The notes below the pieces were generated by a model. That model made no database searches. It had not been told where the DNA came from and worked only from the letters and a program-made list of their open reading frames with translations. 64,000 nucleotides of DNA from Okamejei kenojei (Eukaryota): contig CM069161.1 of the NCBI GenBank assembly GCA_035221665.1, positions 5,332,001 to 5,396,000 on the forward strand. The letters are read 5' to 3'. Within the stretch, counting starts at the first letter, position 1, and each line of letters begins with the position of its first letter. Shown piece after piece: positions 12,548 to 25,866 of the stretch. The position numbers were made by a program, and so were the translations under genes.

Positions 12548-12792
12548 AGGTGCTGTCTGTGAGGAGTTTGTACGTTCTCCCCGTTACCTGCGTGGCTTTT
12601 CTCTGCGAGCTCCGGTTTCCTCCCACACCCCCAAGACGTACCGGTTTGTAGGTTAATTGGCCTCTGCAAAATTGTAACAATTGTTCCTAGTGTGAGTGGG
12701 ATGGTGTTGGTGTGTGGGCATCACTGGTCGGCACGGGCTCGGTGGGCCGAAGGGCCTGTTTCCGCGCTGAATCTCCAAACGGAACTGAACTA
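12548..12792 (+). mobile_element. HE1-like SINE, 5'-truncated
   Basis: SINE core and CR1-like tail. Confidence 0.75.
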
Positions 12793-13956
12793 ACTTGTCC
12801 GCAACATAGAGGATTGCTTCTTTGCATTCCATGCTGGTCTAATTGCCGTCACCCCAAGCTGGTGCTTTTGACAGCCAATAATCTGAGCAATGGGCCCAGA
12901 ATCCCACAGCGCATGCATTTTTAATGCACAGGATGAACGTAGCTGTCAAGTGGTTAAACGTTGCGGTGAGAGGAAGACTGTGTTGCCCCAGCCAGCAGCT
13001 GACATCCAGCGTTCACGCTTCAGGCGTTGCAGGTGCTGGGATTGAACTCACCACCCTCTGTCAAGGAGGCAGCATCTGCTGTGCGGGAGTGAATCCGAAC
13101 TGACTTTCCGGAAGAAAGGTCTCTACCCGAAACATTGCCTATTTCCTTCGCTCCATAGATGCTGCCTCACCCGCTGAGTTTCTCCAGCATTCTTGTCTAG
13201 CTAGACTAGAGAGATCCTTACACCAATATCGCACATTCAGTTTAAATAATCAGTGTTGGTTGAGCTGTGGTTCAGATTTCTTATCGTCACGTGTACTGAG
13301 GTAGTTGCAGAAGCAGTTGGACAGGTTCATGGATAGGACAGGCTAGGAGGGATATGGGCCAAACGCTGGCAGGTGGGACTAGTGTCGATGTGACATGTTG
13401 GCCTATGTGGGCAAGTTAGGCCGAAAGGCCTGAATCCACACTGTATCACTCTATGACTATAACTTCTTTTAAATCTCCTACAATTTGGTAGATACAGCTT
13501 CATCCAAACGAAATCCTCCAACAATTTGGCCCTTCATGTTACTCTCACAGTCTAGGTTACACATTGGTCTCAGCACCAAGTTCTTCTGACTCAAAGCACG
13601 GACGTTTTGCGTGAACCAAGCTAACACTTCCCAGTTTTAATCACTCCATTATACTTTTTTTCATTTCTAACTAATCAGTCAATAATTATGGATTAAGTGG
13701 AGCTCAGAACTGTTTAATAGATATCTATATAGTTTATGAATGAGATAAAATAGTATAGTGAATATGGCCAAATCCTCCTCAACCCTGCCTTTATATTACA
13801 AATGATGGCAAGCTCTTCCGAGTTATTTCCTCCCCCCTGGAGTAGTCTTCATTTAATGAATTTAAACTAATGGCCCTGTAAAAAAAAGGTCATATTCATT
13901 ACTGTAACACTAAAGCTCAAAGCGGCCACATTCACAGACAATTTCAGTGTCTTCAG

Positions 13957-14005
13957 GCCGACAAAAAACGCAGAATGTGTAGCACGAGCAAGCAGCTGTG
14001 CGCAG
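13957..14005 (+). CDS. Candidate upstream micro-exon (ADKKRRMCSTSKQLCA-G) or alternative first coding exon (ATG 13975) of the ZNF385 gene
   Basis: Perfect donor CAG|gtaagt at 14005/14006, possible acceptor tgtcttcag| at 13956. Open frame ending in phase 1, compatible with exon 20361 (G|GT = Gly). Lies in a repeat-free island. No protein homology recognised. Confidence 0.4.
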
Positions 14006-15384
14006 GTAAGTGTAGTTAATCAAATTCTCCCCTGGCGCCAGTAATGTTTGCTGGAGGTCATGGGTTATGAATAAGGCCATTCCCTTTTGGGTTTTGGCAG
14101 CAACACATAACTATTTACACAAATGCCTTTTGTGAACACAGCCCCCCACCCGGCCAGTCACATCGCTGAGTACAGTATTCATTTCCTCACTCAATCGACA
14201 AGACTAAATTGAAAGGGTAGAAATGTAAAAGCATGTGTGGAATGTTAAACCATCTGGGTCACATATATATAAGAAATATTGGAAACCCTTTCAAGAGATC
14301 AGGGAGAATAAGGTAAGGATCAGACATTTGCTTTTCATTGCTTCAACCTTAAATCTGCGGGAATAAAAGGATATTTGCGGGTTTTTGGGATGATTAGTCG
14401 AGGGCTGCAGCGTGAAAGAAGCGGGTCAGACATTCCGCACGATATGAACCAGGGTTCCCATAATGACCTACTTGTGGATCTCGATTTCTTTCAAGTGCTT
14501 CATAAACCTAATGCTGAAATATTTGCTTCGAAACTCATGATCCATTCTGACGGGCAGCCATTGAAGGAGTTTTGCCCTTCAGCCTCGGAATTTCAGATCC
14601 TTAAAGTAATGACCGGACGTTTTTAGGCTGGAGTATCAACATCCACAACATCTGGGTGTCCACAACATGGTAGTGAAGCCAAATGATTTCCATTTAAGAC
14701 TCTGCAGTGATTTTCAATATGCTTATTAAGATGGTTCCTCAGTTGTAGCTACAGGTGTTGCATTTGATCCAATAGATCCAATGGATCCAAGAACATTGGG
14801 AGGAGCTACAGTGTTACAGTAATGAATATGATCCAACTTCTCCTGAAGCTAACAGCTTTCATTGGCAAGGCCACCAGCATAATCAAGGACCACTCCCTCT
14901 TCTCCCCTCTCCCATCAGACAGGAGATACAGAAGTTTGATAAACGCACACCTCCAGGTTTAGGATCAGTTTCCTCCCAGCTGTTATCTGGCAACTGAACC
15001 GTCCTCCCATCAGCTAAATTGCGGTCTTGACCTCCCATCAAGTAGCCCGACTCCATCCTATACCCCCCGATCCAATCCGTCCCGACTGAGATTGAGGAAG
15101 AGACCACCACTAGTGGGGTGTTGGTGTGTAGGGCCAGTGCTTGTGCTGTACACAGAGTACTGGGGCAGTGAGGGTTGTGGCCATGGAGACATTGTATAAC
15201 TTTTGTGATATTTGAACAAGTATCTAGTCAGGTCATGCATCATATTCTATTCTCCTCCTCTGACCTACGATATCCCTGCCTCAAGGTATTTGATGACTCA
15301 GTTCATGTTTCATACATCTCCGGCTATGTAGCTCACTGTCAGTTCAACACTGGAACTTCAGCCTAGGTTTTGGACTCGGGTCGT

Positions 15385-15912
15385 AGGTTCATAAGTGATA
15401 GGAACAGATATAGTCCATTCAGCCCATCAAGTCTACTCCATTATTCAATCATGGCTGATCTATCTTTCCCTCTCAACCCCATTTTCCTGCCTTCTCCCCA
15501 TAACCCCTGACACTTGTACTAAGCAAGAATCTATCTATCTCTGCCTTAAAAATATCCATTCACTTGGAATTCTACAGATTCACAACCCTCTGACCAAATA
15601 AATTTCTCCTCATTTCCTTCCTAAAGGAACGTCCTTTAATTCTGAGGCTATTTCACTATTCGGAAAGATTCAATGAGGAGTCCCCTCATCCTTCTAAACT
15701 GCCGTGAGTGGAGCCCCAGTGCCGTCAAATGCTCGTCATATGTTAACCCACTCATGCCTGGGAACATTCTCATAAATCTTCTCTGGCTCCTCCCCAATGT
15801 CAGCACATCCTTCCCCAGACATGGGTCCCAAAATTGCTGACAATTCTCCAAATGCGGTCCGACCAGAGCCTTACTGAGCCTCAGCATTACATCTCTGTTT
15901 TTGTATTCTAGT
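15385..15912 (-). mobile_element. CR1-type LINE fragment
   Basis: LEYKNRDVMLRLSKALVGPHLENCQQFWDP...RRMRG, the CR1 ORF2 C-terminal region, plus 3' UTR. Confidence 0.82.
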
Positions 15913-16956
15913 CCTCCTGCTGGTCCTGGAGTAGGGCTCATGTCACAGCCGATGCAACCATGAACGACAGCACTGCACACTGAGACAGGATGTACGCACA
16001 CACACACAGCAATGAAACAACTTCACCGGCAAGAGGCCAGAGAAAGTTAAATAAATAAAAACCCACCCTTTCCTGTCGGATCGGCGCAGCAGTTTCAGAC
16101 GCTCAATGGAGCCATGTGTGGTGACATGACTGATGCAATAATTACACCCAGGTGCAGGGACTGCATGGGTGGTGGAGCAACGATGCATGGGAGAACCACA
16201 GGCACCAACCACACTCGCCATCGCAGCTGGGAAAAGCAGTCATGCAAAATGCAAAATGCAATCTGGATTTTGACTGCCTGTAAATATCATCCCAAATGTT
16301 GCAGTCTGGCCTTCATTTTGCATTGTGGTAATTGAATCCCATGAGATGTTTAAATTGCAGCTCAGAGCTCTCCGCTGGTGCAAGTTCTCAACCCCCCCCC
16401 CCCCACACAGTGCTCTATCTCCATCCCTGGCACTTTATAAATGTTCCAATACCTTTGATTGCAATCTCATTCTGTTGTTAGAAAGTTTTGAATGTTTACT
16501 AGAAAGTAGACAACACCTTTGTTGGTGGCACGGAAGGCATTACAATGGGGAAGCTCACAGCGACAGAGACCCAGGTTTTATCCTGACCTCGGGTTCTGTC
16601 TGTGTGGACCCTGTGACCGCGTGGGTTGTCTCCAGATGCTCTTGGTTTCCTCCCACATCCCAAAGACTTGCTGGTGTGGGACTGATGTTTCCATCCTGTG
16701 CCTCTAAACTAAACTAAACACCTTTTGTTTACCAGAAGCCTTTTGTTGCCAGAGGTTGGGATCATAGATCAGCTTCCCTGTAGAGTGTCCCAACTGCCCA
16801 CAGTATCTCCTCAGAAAGCTGTCCTCCCTCACCTCTCCCCAGTGCAGTGTCCATCACTTACACCACCACCATCTCACGTCAGAGTTGGCCCTTCCTGGTA
16901 AAGCCTTGAAGTAATTGCCCAGCTGTTTACAGACAGGAGAACAATGATCTCCCAGA

Positions 16957-17438
16957 GGGCAGCACCGTGGCGCAGCGGTAGAGTTGCTGCCTTCCAGCGC
17001 CAGGTACCCCGGTTCGATCCTGACTACGGGTGCTGTCTGTACGGAGTTTGTACGTTCTCCCCGTGACTGCGTGTGTTTTACCCGGGTGACAATAGACAAT
17101 AAACAATAGGTGCAGGAGTAGGCCATTCGGCCCTTCGAGCCAGCACCGCCATTCAATGTGATCATGGCTGATCATCCCCAATCAGTACCCCGTTCCTGCC
17201 TTCTCCCCATATCCCCTGACTCTGCTATTTTTAAGAGCCCTATCCAGCTCTCTCTTGAAAGCATAGAGCATTGAAAGCTCCGGTTTCCTCCCACACTCCA
17301 AAGACATGGAGGTTTGTAGGTTAATTGGCTTTGGTAAATATTTAGGATAGTGTGCGGGGGTCACTGATCGGTGCGGACTCGGAGGGCCAAAGCGCCTGTT
17401 TCCACGCTGCATCTCTAAACTAAATGGCACTAAACTAA
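16957..17438 (+). mobile_element. HE1-like SINE interrupted by an antisense CR1 3' fragment (~17090-17262)
   Basis: A box TGGCGCAGCGG and B box GGTTCGATCC. The SINE resumes at gctccggtttcc after the CR1 piece. Confidence 0.82.
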
Positions 17439-18026
17439 ATGGTTGGAGGCTTCAATAACAAAGACAGGGTCTCTGACATGGAAGGAATGTTTGGACCAGC
17501 CTCCAGCATTGTTCAGGCAAGTCCTACAACGGACTTTCAATGCCGTCTGAAGTATAATTACGAGTGTGCTCCCCTCTTCCGTGCTGCGTCCACACCGTGC
17601 GTTTACACCTTGCCGTCAACGCTGTCAAATGTCCCCTGATGCTTCGCTAGAAGATTTGCTTTCCAGTCCTTTAAGATCCCCCGAGATCTTCGGAAAGTTG
17701 ACCAAAACACTTTGGTCAAAGTGGTGGGTTTTTAGAAAATTTGGAAAGGTAGAAATGAAGGTGAAGAAGCAGAGAGGATGATGGAGGGAATTCCCGAGCT
17801 TAGGAAGCTGGCAGCTGAAAGCATGGACATTAATAATGGAACGATTAAAATGAAGCTTGTGTCAGAGGCCAGGGCAGGATAACAGAGATCTCAGGGTTGT
17901 AAGGCTGCAGCAAGTCACGGAGATTGGAGGGGGTAACACCACGGAAGGATTTGAAAGAAGATTAGAAATGTTAACACCGTGATGTTGCTGATCTGGGAGC
18001 CAGCGAACATACTGTGGCGGAGGCAA

Positions 18027-18322
18027 CAGGGCACTGATTCTAAACAGCGGTACAGCTGGTGCCTTACAGGGTTCGATCTTGAATATGGGAGCTGTCTGTA
18101 AAGAGTTTGTACGTTCTCCCTGTGAACGCATGGGTTTTCTCCGGGTGCTCCGGTTTCCTCCCACACTCCAAAGACAGGTTTGTACATTAATTGGCTTCTG
18201 GAAATTGTAAATTGCCTTCAGTGTGTAGGATAGTGCTGGTGCACGGGGTGATCGCTGGTCGTCGCGGACTCGATGGGCTGAAGGGCCTGTTTCGGTACTG
18301 TATCTCCAGAGTCTAAAGTTTA
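18027..18322 (+). mobile_element. HE1-like SINE
   Basis: B box GGTTCGATC, core and tail as in other copies. Confidence 0.78.
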
Positions 18323-18757
18323 AAGAGACTGGGATTGCATGGAGGAGTCATGGTCTTGTATTAGTAAGCAAGTGGGCCAAAGGGCTTGTTCCTGTGCTGT
18401 ACTTACTATTCTGCGTGCTAAGTACATGCAGGGATTTGCTGAGGAATTGCAAATAGAATTGAATGATGTGCGATCATCAGCGAGCTTGGGGCCATATGAT
18501 GAAGGAAGGTCATTGAGGAAACAGCTGAACATGGCGGTGCCCTGAGCAACAGAGCAGTGATGTGTAAACGCGGCAGCAATTAAACACTGACTGTTCTAGA
18601 TTTTGACAATTGATAGAATTTGCATGCGGCCCAGTGCCAAGACACAGTCTATTCAGACTGACATACACCATTTTACACCGGAATCAGTGAGATAGTATGG
18701 AAATAGGCCCTTCAGCCCACCAAATCTGCACCGACCATCAACCACCCATTTACACTC

Positions 18758-19125
18758 ATAGAAACATAGAAAATAGGCGCAGGAGGAGGCCATTCGGCCC
18801 TTCGAGCCAGCACCGCCATTCATTCTGATCATGGCTGATCGTCCCCTATCAATAACCGTGCCTGCCTTCTCCCCATATCCCTTGACTCCACTAGCCCTAG
18901 AGCTCTATCCAACTCTCTCTTAAATCCATCCAGTGATTTGGCCTCCACTGCCCTCTGTGGCAGGGAATTCCATAAATTCACAACTCTCTGGGAGAAAAAG
19001 TTTGTTCTCACCTCAGTCTTAAATGACCCCTTTATTCTAAGACTGTGGCCCCTGGTTCTGGACTCACCCAACATTGGGAACATTTTTCCTGCATCTAGCT
19101 TGTCCAGTCCTTTTATAATTTTATA
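18758..19125 (-). mobile_element. CR1/HER1 LINE 3' fragment
   Basis: MFPMLGESRTRGHSLRIKGSFKTEVRTNFFSQRVVNLWNSLPQRAVE; (CATAGAAA)n tail. Confidence 0.88.
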
Positions 19126-20360
19126 AAACTCATCCTACATTAATTCCATTTTATATTCTCCCAACGTTCAACCACAGTTTTCTCACTTGCTTCCTCAGGC
19201 TGCTTCTCCCATATACGTCCATATACCCAATACCTCCTGTGTGAAAACATTGTCCCTTAGGTTCCTGTAAATCTTTCCCCCCTCACCTTAAACCTTGTCT
19301 TGTCCTTCATTCCCCAAGCCTGGGAAAAAGATGGTGCTTTCACCCGATCTATTCTTCTCATGATTTTATACGTCTCTATAAGATTACTCCTCAGCCTCCT
19401 GTCCTTCAAGGAATAAAGCCTCGCCTGCCCCCCCCCCCCCCCCCCCCCCCCATTCCCTATTGTTCAGGTCCTTGGGTGCTGCCAGTTCCACTGTTCATAT
19501 CCACACATCCCTTCATTGTCTCCTCTCCCACAGCCACCAACGCACCATTGCAGGCTCCACCTTTCCTTGGTTAGCAGTACCAGCTCTCATTTCTTCTGAA
19601 ACTTTTCTCCCTACCTCCTGACTCTCGGTCTGAAATAGGGTTATGACCCGAAATGTCACCTGTTCCTTTTCCCGGAGACGCTGCCTGACCCGCTGAGTCA
19701 CGCCAGCATGCGGCGTCTATCCTCGGTGTAAAGCAGCATCTGCAGTTCCTTCCCACACATCCGTGTACAGTCAGCTCGCTCAATGCACACGCTCTTGTCC
19801 TTGGTGCGCGGATCTGAGAGCATGTCAACGTATGATTAGCCCGTCATCGTGTGCACCTGGGTGCAGCTCTGCATGCCGGTCTGTGGGTGTGTGTGCATGG
19901 GTGCGCAGGTACTTGCGCGATCTCTGTTCAAGGGCGTATGTAAACTCTGCTTGCACCACACGCATGGGGCTTCTGTTGCTGCTCACGAGCCACTGCTGCT
20001 GCAATGACAGCTGCCCCAAGCCCGGACGCTGCTTTCTAGCTTTCCAGAGACCTGGGACACTATTCCAATTCTTTGCCTGCTCGTGAACAGGAGCCTGACA
20101 TGACTGGAAGCTGGAGCCTGCTCGTACCACAGGACGTTTCCAGTTGTTGGAGCCATTTTCTTGGAATAGCTCCTGACGCATTTTCACGAGCGAAGGCTGA
20201 CTTGGCATCGGAATTGACAGCAGTCATGACCCTAAAAAATGCTCCTCTCTCGTTTGCAGCAGGGAGGTGTCATGCGCAGCACGTGTTTTAGAAACTTGGC
20301 ACAATTAGCGACGAGGCGATCGCAGTTATTCACCGCATCCTTCGTTCTGTGTTTCTGCAG

Positions 20361-20503
20361 GTTCCACGGGCCAAAGCAATAGTCTTTTAGCTTCTCTGCA
20401 GCTGCAGGGAAGAACCATGCAGCCAGCCCTCGACATCAAACACTTCCTACCCTTTCGTCTCAGCACCCCCTCGCCAGTCGGACTATTCCCCAACTTCAAC
20501 GCA
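20361..20503 (+). CDS. ZNF385C: Internal coding exon of a ZNF385-family zinc-finger gene (most like ZNF385C)
   Basis: Acceptor ttctgtgtttctgcag| and donor GCA|gtaagt. The 143-nt exon (phase 1 to phase 0) translates (G)STGQSNSLLASLQLQGRTMQPALDIKHFLPFRLSTPSPVGLFPNFNA, matching the ZNF385 motif QP.LD.K.F...F......LFPNF. LLASL and KH favour paralogue C. Family call is strong, paralogue call moderate. Confidence 0.9.
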
Positions 20504-21170
20504 GTAAGTGCTCTCAGCGTTTGTATCTTTTTGCTTTCGGAGAAGTAGAGATTGCGAGAGAAAGGAAAAAAAATGCTCTCTAATTTGGCTTCCGAAAATC
20601 CATGTTAGTCTATGGAGTTGTAGAATCATACAGTGGGAACATGTTATTGGGCGCAACTTACCCACGCCTGCCAACATGTCCCATCTACACTCGTCCCACT
20701 TGCCTACGTTTGACCCATATCCCTCTAAACCTATTCAATCCATGTACCTGTCTAAATGTTATGATAGCACCTGCCTCAACTACCTCTGGCAGCTCGTTCC
20801 ATACACCCACCACCCTTCATTTTTAGATTTTACCACATACCCTGCGGGGATATTTAAAGATCTCTCTCTCTCTCTGCTGCTCCGGAACATAATGGATGAT
20901 GTTGGCTGCAAGGTAGGTCACTCAATAAGCAATATCCTCACCACTGTTGCCTTCTTCGTGGTTTTACAAACTCTGGCTGAAGATAGATGAATTTGACCTC
21001 TCCTGTGTGTTGGGTTTGAGAGGAACAATCTGTTTAAGTGGATGGCATTAAAATAAGAAAGTACTAATTTATCCCACAGATCAGCATCGAATAATATCAC
21101 TTTGCAATTTGATTTTTTTCATGCTATAATGAGGTGTATCTTGTTGTAAACCCTTGTATCTACAAAGAGT

Positions 21171-21198
21171 CTGATGAAGGGTCTCGACCCGAAACATC
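21171..21198 (+). ncRNA. Minimal hammerhead-ribozyme-like core with canonical CUGAUGA
   Basis: CTGATGA-A-GGGTCTCGACCC-GAAAC-ATC inside a Penelope-derived unit. Confidence 0.5.
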
Positions 21199-21882
21199 GC
21201 TTATTCATTCTCTCCAGAGATGCTGCCTGGCCCACTGAGTCATTCCAACATTTTGTGTTTCCCCTCCCCCCCTTTCTCCACAAAATGTGCAGGGAACCTC
21301 CTTTGAATAATCTTTCCATTTCAATGGATGGCACAGATTTATTCTGTTTCGGACCTTCCGAGGGGTCCATTCAAATGGAAAGTGTCTGATGTGGGAAAAT
21401 TTGCAAGAGTTAAATTCCTAACATTTTAGATGAATGGAGGTCAAAGCAGGTGAGCACCAGTAAGTGGCCTACACCACTAGTATTCTACCTAATCGGTCTT
21501 CACACTGTATGAGGTGGGATAGCTGCACTAACCCGCATACACAACCTCCTTTAGTTCTAAGGTCTTCCAATTGGGGCCTGTAGCCCTGGGCACCTGAACA
21601 TCATTACAGTACCATTTAATGGTTGTCATGTGCTTCCATTTCTCTGTACCTGTAGAACTCCCTGATCATCAGGTCGGGGGGGGGGGGGACGGGTACCATG
21701 GTCGGATAGTCGGCGACCAAACCGTCTCCCCCACCTGGTTTGCCCGGTGAGGAGGGGGCTGTGGACCCCCCAGCAGGACCAAAAACAAGACCTGTCAAAG
21801 GGCGGATGAGCTGCTAGCGAGTCAACGGCCATCCACACTTCAGTAGAAGTTGTGATCGCTGTCGTACACAGCATTGTAAAAA

Positions 21883-22161
21883 TGCCCCTGTCCCACTTAG
21901 GAAACCTGAACGGAAACCTCTGGAGACTTTGCGCCCCACCCAAGGTTTCCCTGCGGTTCCCGGAGGTTTTTGTCAGTCTCCCTAATGGTCGAAAGTGGTT
22001 TCCGTTTTAAAAATCGGTAATTTTTTAGCCGAAGCCGGTTGCGATGCTAGTTGAAGGTGGTTGCCGGAGGACAAAAACCTCCGGGAACCGCACGGAAACC
22101 TTGGGTGGGGCGCAAAGTCTCCAGAGGTTTCCCTTCAGGTTTCCTAAGTGGGACAGGGGCA
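21883..22161. mobile_element. Palindromic Harbinger-type MITE, family C
   Basis: ~90 bp inverted arms starting TGCCCCTGTCCCACTTAGGAAACCTGAA, followed by TTA. Internal segment is the reverse complement of that in copies 55253 and 56929. Confidence 0.85.
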
Positions 22162-25100
22162 TTAGGCACCGTGCCCGTTGATATTTTCAAGAAAGATGAT
22201 GATGATGTGGAAAAACCAGCTTGTTATATATATTGGGTGTACACAAAAAGCTGGAGAAACTCAGCGGGTGCAGCAGCATCTAAGGAGCGAAGGAGATAGG
22301 CGACGTTTCGGGTCGAGACCCTTCTTCAGACTGTTATATATATTGTTCTGTAACAATGGAAATGAAACCTTTAAGTATCATATCAATAGTTTTCTACGGG
22401 TTCACCGCCTTCTGATTTGAAGTTATTCCCATGATACTGAATGGTAGGAGGTTACTGTATTTTGAATAAAGGAACGGCAACGGATATTAATATTAGAGTG
22501 TTCTTCTACCAGTGCACAAGCTTGACGATCATAATATTCATCAAACAAATGACTTCCATGCCCTCATTATTAATTGATGATTTCATTTCCTAAGTAATTT
22601 AGTGTACAGTGGTTTCTCAGTTTTACTAATTGAATTATGGATTTTAATTCACAAATAATTGAGCCATTATATTCTTTTTTTTTTAAAAACAGCCAGCATT
22701 TGGAGGCAAGTTACTTAGTGAAACTCCAGCTCGGAATACCTTGGGCATCCCGGAACTTTGGTGGGGATGTGGTCAGACACTCTCAAACAGTTGATAGGAA
22801 TGTAGCAGATTGCTGGCCTACTTGTTGCAATTCCGGTTGGCATGTAAACTTCCATCTACGATACGATACGATAGAACGTTATTTATCCCAGGAGGGAAAT
22901 TGATCTGGCAACAGTCGTAAAACCCCAAATACATGAAACATGAAATCAAAGTGACAAGTGGAAAGGATTGGGGGTGTGCAGACTGGGTAGGGTGGGGGGG
23001 AGGGGAGTCAGTCTACCCCACGACAGAAAGGGGATGAGTTGTACAGTTTGATAGCCTCAGGGAAGAAGGATCTCCTGTGGCGTTCGGTACTGCATCGCTC
23101 CCCTGACTCTTCGTCTGAAGAAGGGTCTCAACCCGGAAGATCACCCATTCCTTCTCTCCAGAGGTGCTCCCTGTCCCGCTGAGTTACTCCAGCCTTTTGT
23201 GTCTATCTTCGGTCAATCAGCATCTGCAGTTCTTTCCTACACATTTCATCTGATCCACTGCAAAATCTCCTCAAGGTATGCCTACTTTGAAGAACTTCTC
23301 CTCCTCCCTCCGGAGACAGTTTCACAACCTCCTCTCTAACTGCCCCCCCCCTAACCCTTGCTGTCTCCTCCCCTTCCTACCTCTCCCTCAGCCCTCGGGC
23401 TCCTCCTCCTCCTTTTTCCTTTCTTCCCCATCGCCTCCCCCCAGCCCCCATCAGTATGAAGAAGGGTTTCGGCCCGAAACGTTGCCTATCTCCTTCGCTC
23501 CATAGATGCTGCTGCACCCGCTGAGTTTCTCCAGCATTTTGTATACCCTTTGAAGAACTTCTCATCCTCTCTTCGACAAGGAGTCTGCAACACCCTCACT
23601 CACTGCTCCCCCTCCATGGTTCCTCCAGATCTCCATCTCTAGTAACAAGGCACTATTCTACATTTCCTTGGCCATTGCCCCTTTGATCGGTGTTTTCACA
23701 ATTTACCCGTCCATATCTCGCTGTCTCCCTCTCCCGTGACTCTCAGTCTGAAGAAGGTTCTCGACCCGAAACATCACCCATTCCTTCTCTCCAGAGATGC
23801 TGCCTGACCCGCTGAGTTACTCCAGCATTTTGTGTCTATTTTCCCCGTAATCTGATGGATGTGAACCAAGTCGTTGGCATTCTGAGTCTTAACTACCCCA
23901 GCCTGGATGTCAGTGATTGTTGGTGACTTTGAGTAAAGAAGGTACATCCATTTTCCTATGAGCCTGTGGTCTCGTGGAGGAGATGGACTCTAGCCTTTGG
24001 TGACATGAATGAATGAATACATTTATTGGCCAAGTGTTCACATACAAGGAATTTGCCTTGGTGCTCCGCCCACAAGTGACAACATGACATACGGTGACAT
24101 TTAGGAATGACACATAAAACATTAAACATTAATAACAAAACATTGTCGATTAAACATGTGAATTAAACGTGTGACATGGAGGAATTTAAGATTTAGTTCC
24201 TGTGTGAGAAAGGAATATGTACGGATTCGTGAGGGTGTCAGGGGCTATGGGGAGAAGGTGGGAGAATGGGGTTGAGTGGGAAAGTTAGATCAGCCGTGAT
24301 GGAATTGGCAGAGTAGACTTGATGGGCCGAATGGCCTAATTCTGCTCCTAGAACCTGTGTCTGATTTCTGACCCACTGGATTGAAATTAGGTTGCTTCTG
24401 CCTCCTCATAGGCAGCTCCTCGGGTTTGAAGGTGACTTGTATCCAAGGCAATTTTGAACGCTTTGTCCTATGCATAATCCCTAGACTCCCACAAATGGGG
24501 CAGTCAATGCTTCCGAGAGTGTGTGACAAAATTGCTCATCTTACCAATTCAATGCAACGCTGGATTAAACGCACCAGCCAATGACTTTGCCGAACAATTA
24601 TTCGTCATTATTAATCACAATTAGTTCAAGCAATTCAAAGAATCTCGACACAGTTTCTCACATTTACTTAACACATTAATTTCACAACACTTTCAGCTAT
24701 AGCTTAGTCTTTAGCGATACAGGGTGGAAACAGGCCATTCAGCCCACCAAGCCCGTTCCCACCAGCACAATCGTACACAGCAGGGACAATTTACAGAAAC
24801 CAATTAACCTACAAACCTCGTGTGTAAGAAAGGATATGCAGATGCTACTAAAATCGAAGGTAGACACAAAATGCTGGAGTAACTCAGCGGGTGAGGCAGC
24901 AGCTATGGAGAGAGGTATAGGCGACGTCGCCCATTCCTTCTCTCCAGAGATGCTGCCTCACCCGCTGAGTTACTCCAGCATTTTGTGTCTACCTACAAAC
25001 CTCTGTGTCGTTAGAATGTGGGAAGAAACCGGAGCACCCGGAGGTAGCCCACACAATCACACGGTGCAAACCCCCTGCGGACAGCATCTGTGGTGGGGAT

Positions 25101-25866
25101 TGAACCCGGCTCTCTGACGCTCCACCACCGTGCCGCCCGGATATCACCCACTCCTGCGTGGGATGCGACGTGCCGGATGTACCCAGCTCTGGATGACATG
25201 GACGAGCAACATTTCGGAGCAGGACTCTTCTTCAGACCGACCCACTCGATGAACATTTGTGGGAGTCGAGGATTCGATCTTGGTCAAAGAGCAGGGGAGC
25301 AGCAGATGGGGGTGGGCGAGGGGGGGGGGGGAGGGCTGAGGGCAGGGAGAGAGGGCCTCACAGAACTCCCCATGGAGAGAGAACGAGAATTGCTTAAAGT
25401 TTGGCATTCCTTGAGGAGACTTTGCAGTGGAGCAGGAACATGCCCTGCTCGGATTCTTGTATCTGCAGTTCCTTGAGTCAATCGGGTTCGATCTTGACGA
25501 GTTCTTTTCTGAGTCCCTGATATAATATACACGAGGGCAGACAAGCTATCTGTTTGCAATGTACATCTGTACTGATATTCTGAAAACTGGTAGACACAAA
25601 ATACTGGAGTAACTCAGCGGGACAGGCAGCATCTCTGGAGAGACGGAATGGGTGACGTTTCGGGTCGAGACCCTTCTTCAGACCACTTTTCAATCCGAAA
25701 ACTGATTCTTGTTTTGAATTAGTCTCTGGAGCTTCCATGATGTCGATCGAGGATGTGCTTGAAGTGTTTGCTCTTTCCTGCAGGAAATTGCCTGCTGTTA
25801 CGGAGTTGAGAGTGAAATTGTTTTTAGTTCAGTTTAGTTTAGAAAGATTCAAGATTCAAGAGAGTT

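Noticed and set aside
14375-14626. 83-aa ORF in unique sequence (also 38544-38963 and 57680-58243)
   Set aside because: No recognisable homology or convincing splice signals; not callable from sequence alone.
16957-17030. tRNA-like sequence with A and B boxes
   Set aside because: It is the SINE head: it continues into the SINE core, recurs in many diverged copies and lacks a proper acceptor stem.
19825-20208. 127-aa minus-strand ORF next to the ZNF385 exon
   Set aside because: No recognisable domain or splice support; likely a chance ORF in GC-balanced unique DNA.
20460-20480. TCAGCACC resembling a REST/RE1 site (also at ~13570)
   Set aside because: Only the left half-site; the GGACAG right half is absent, and the 20460 instance is explained by coding sequence.
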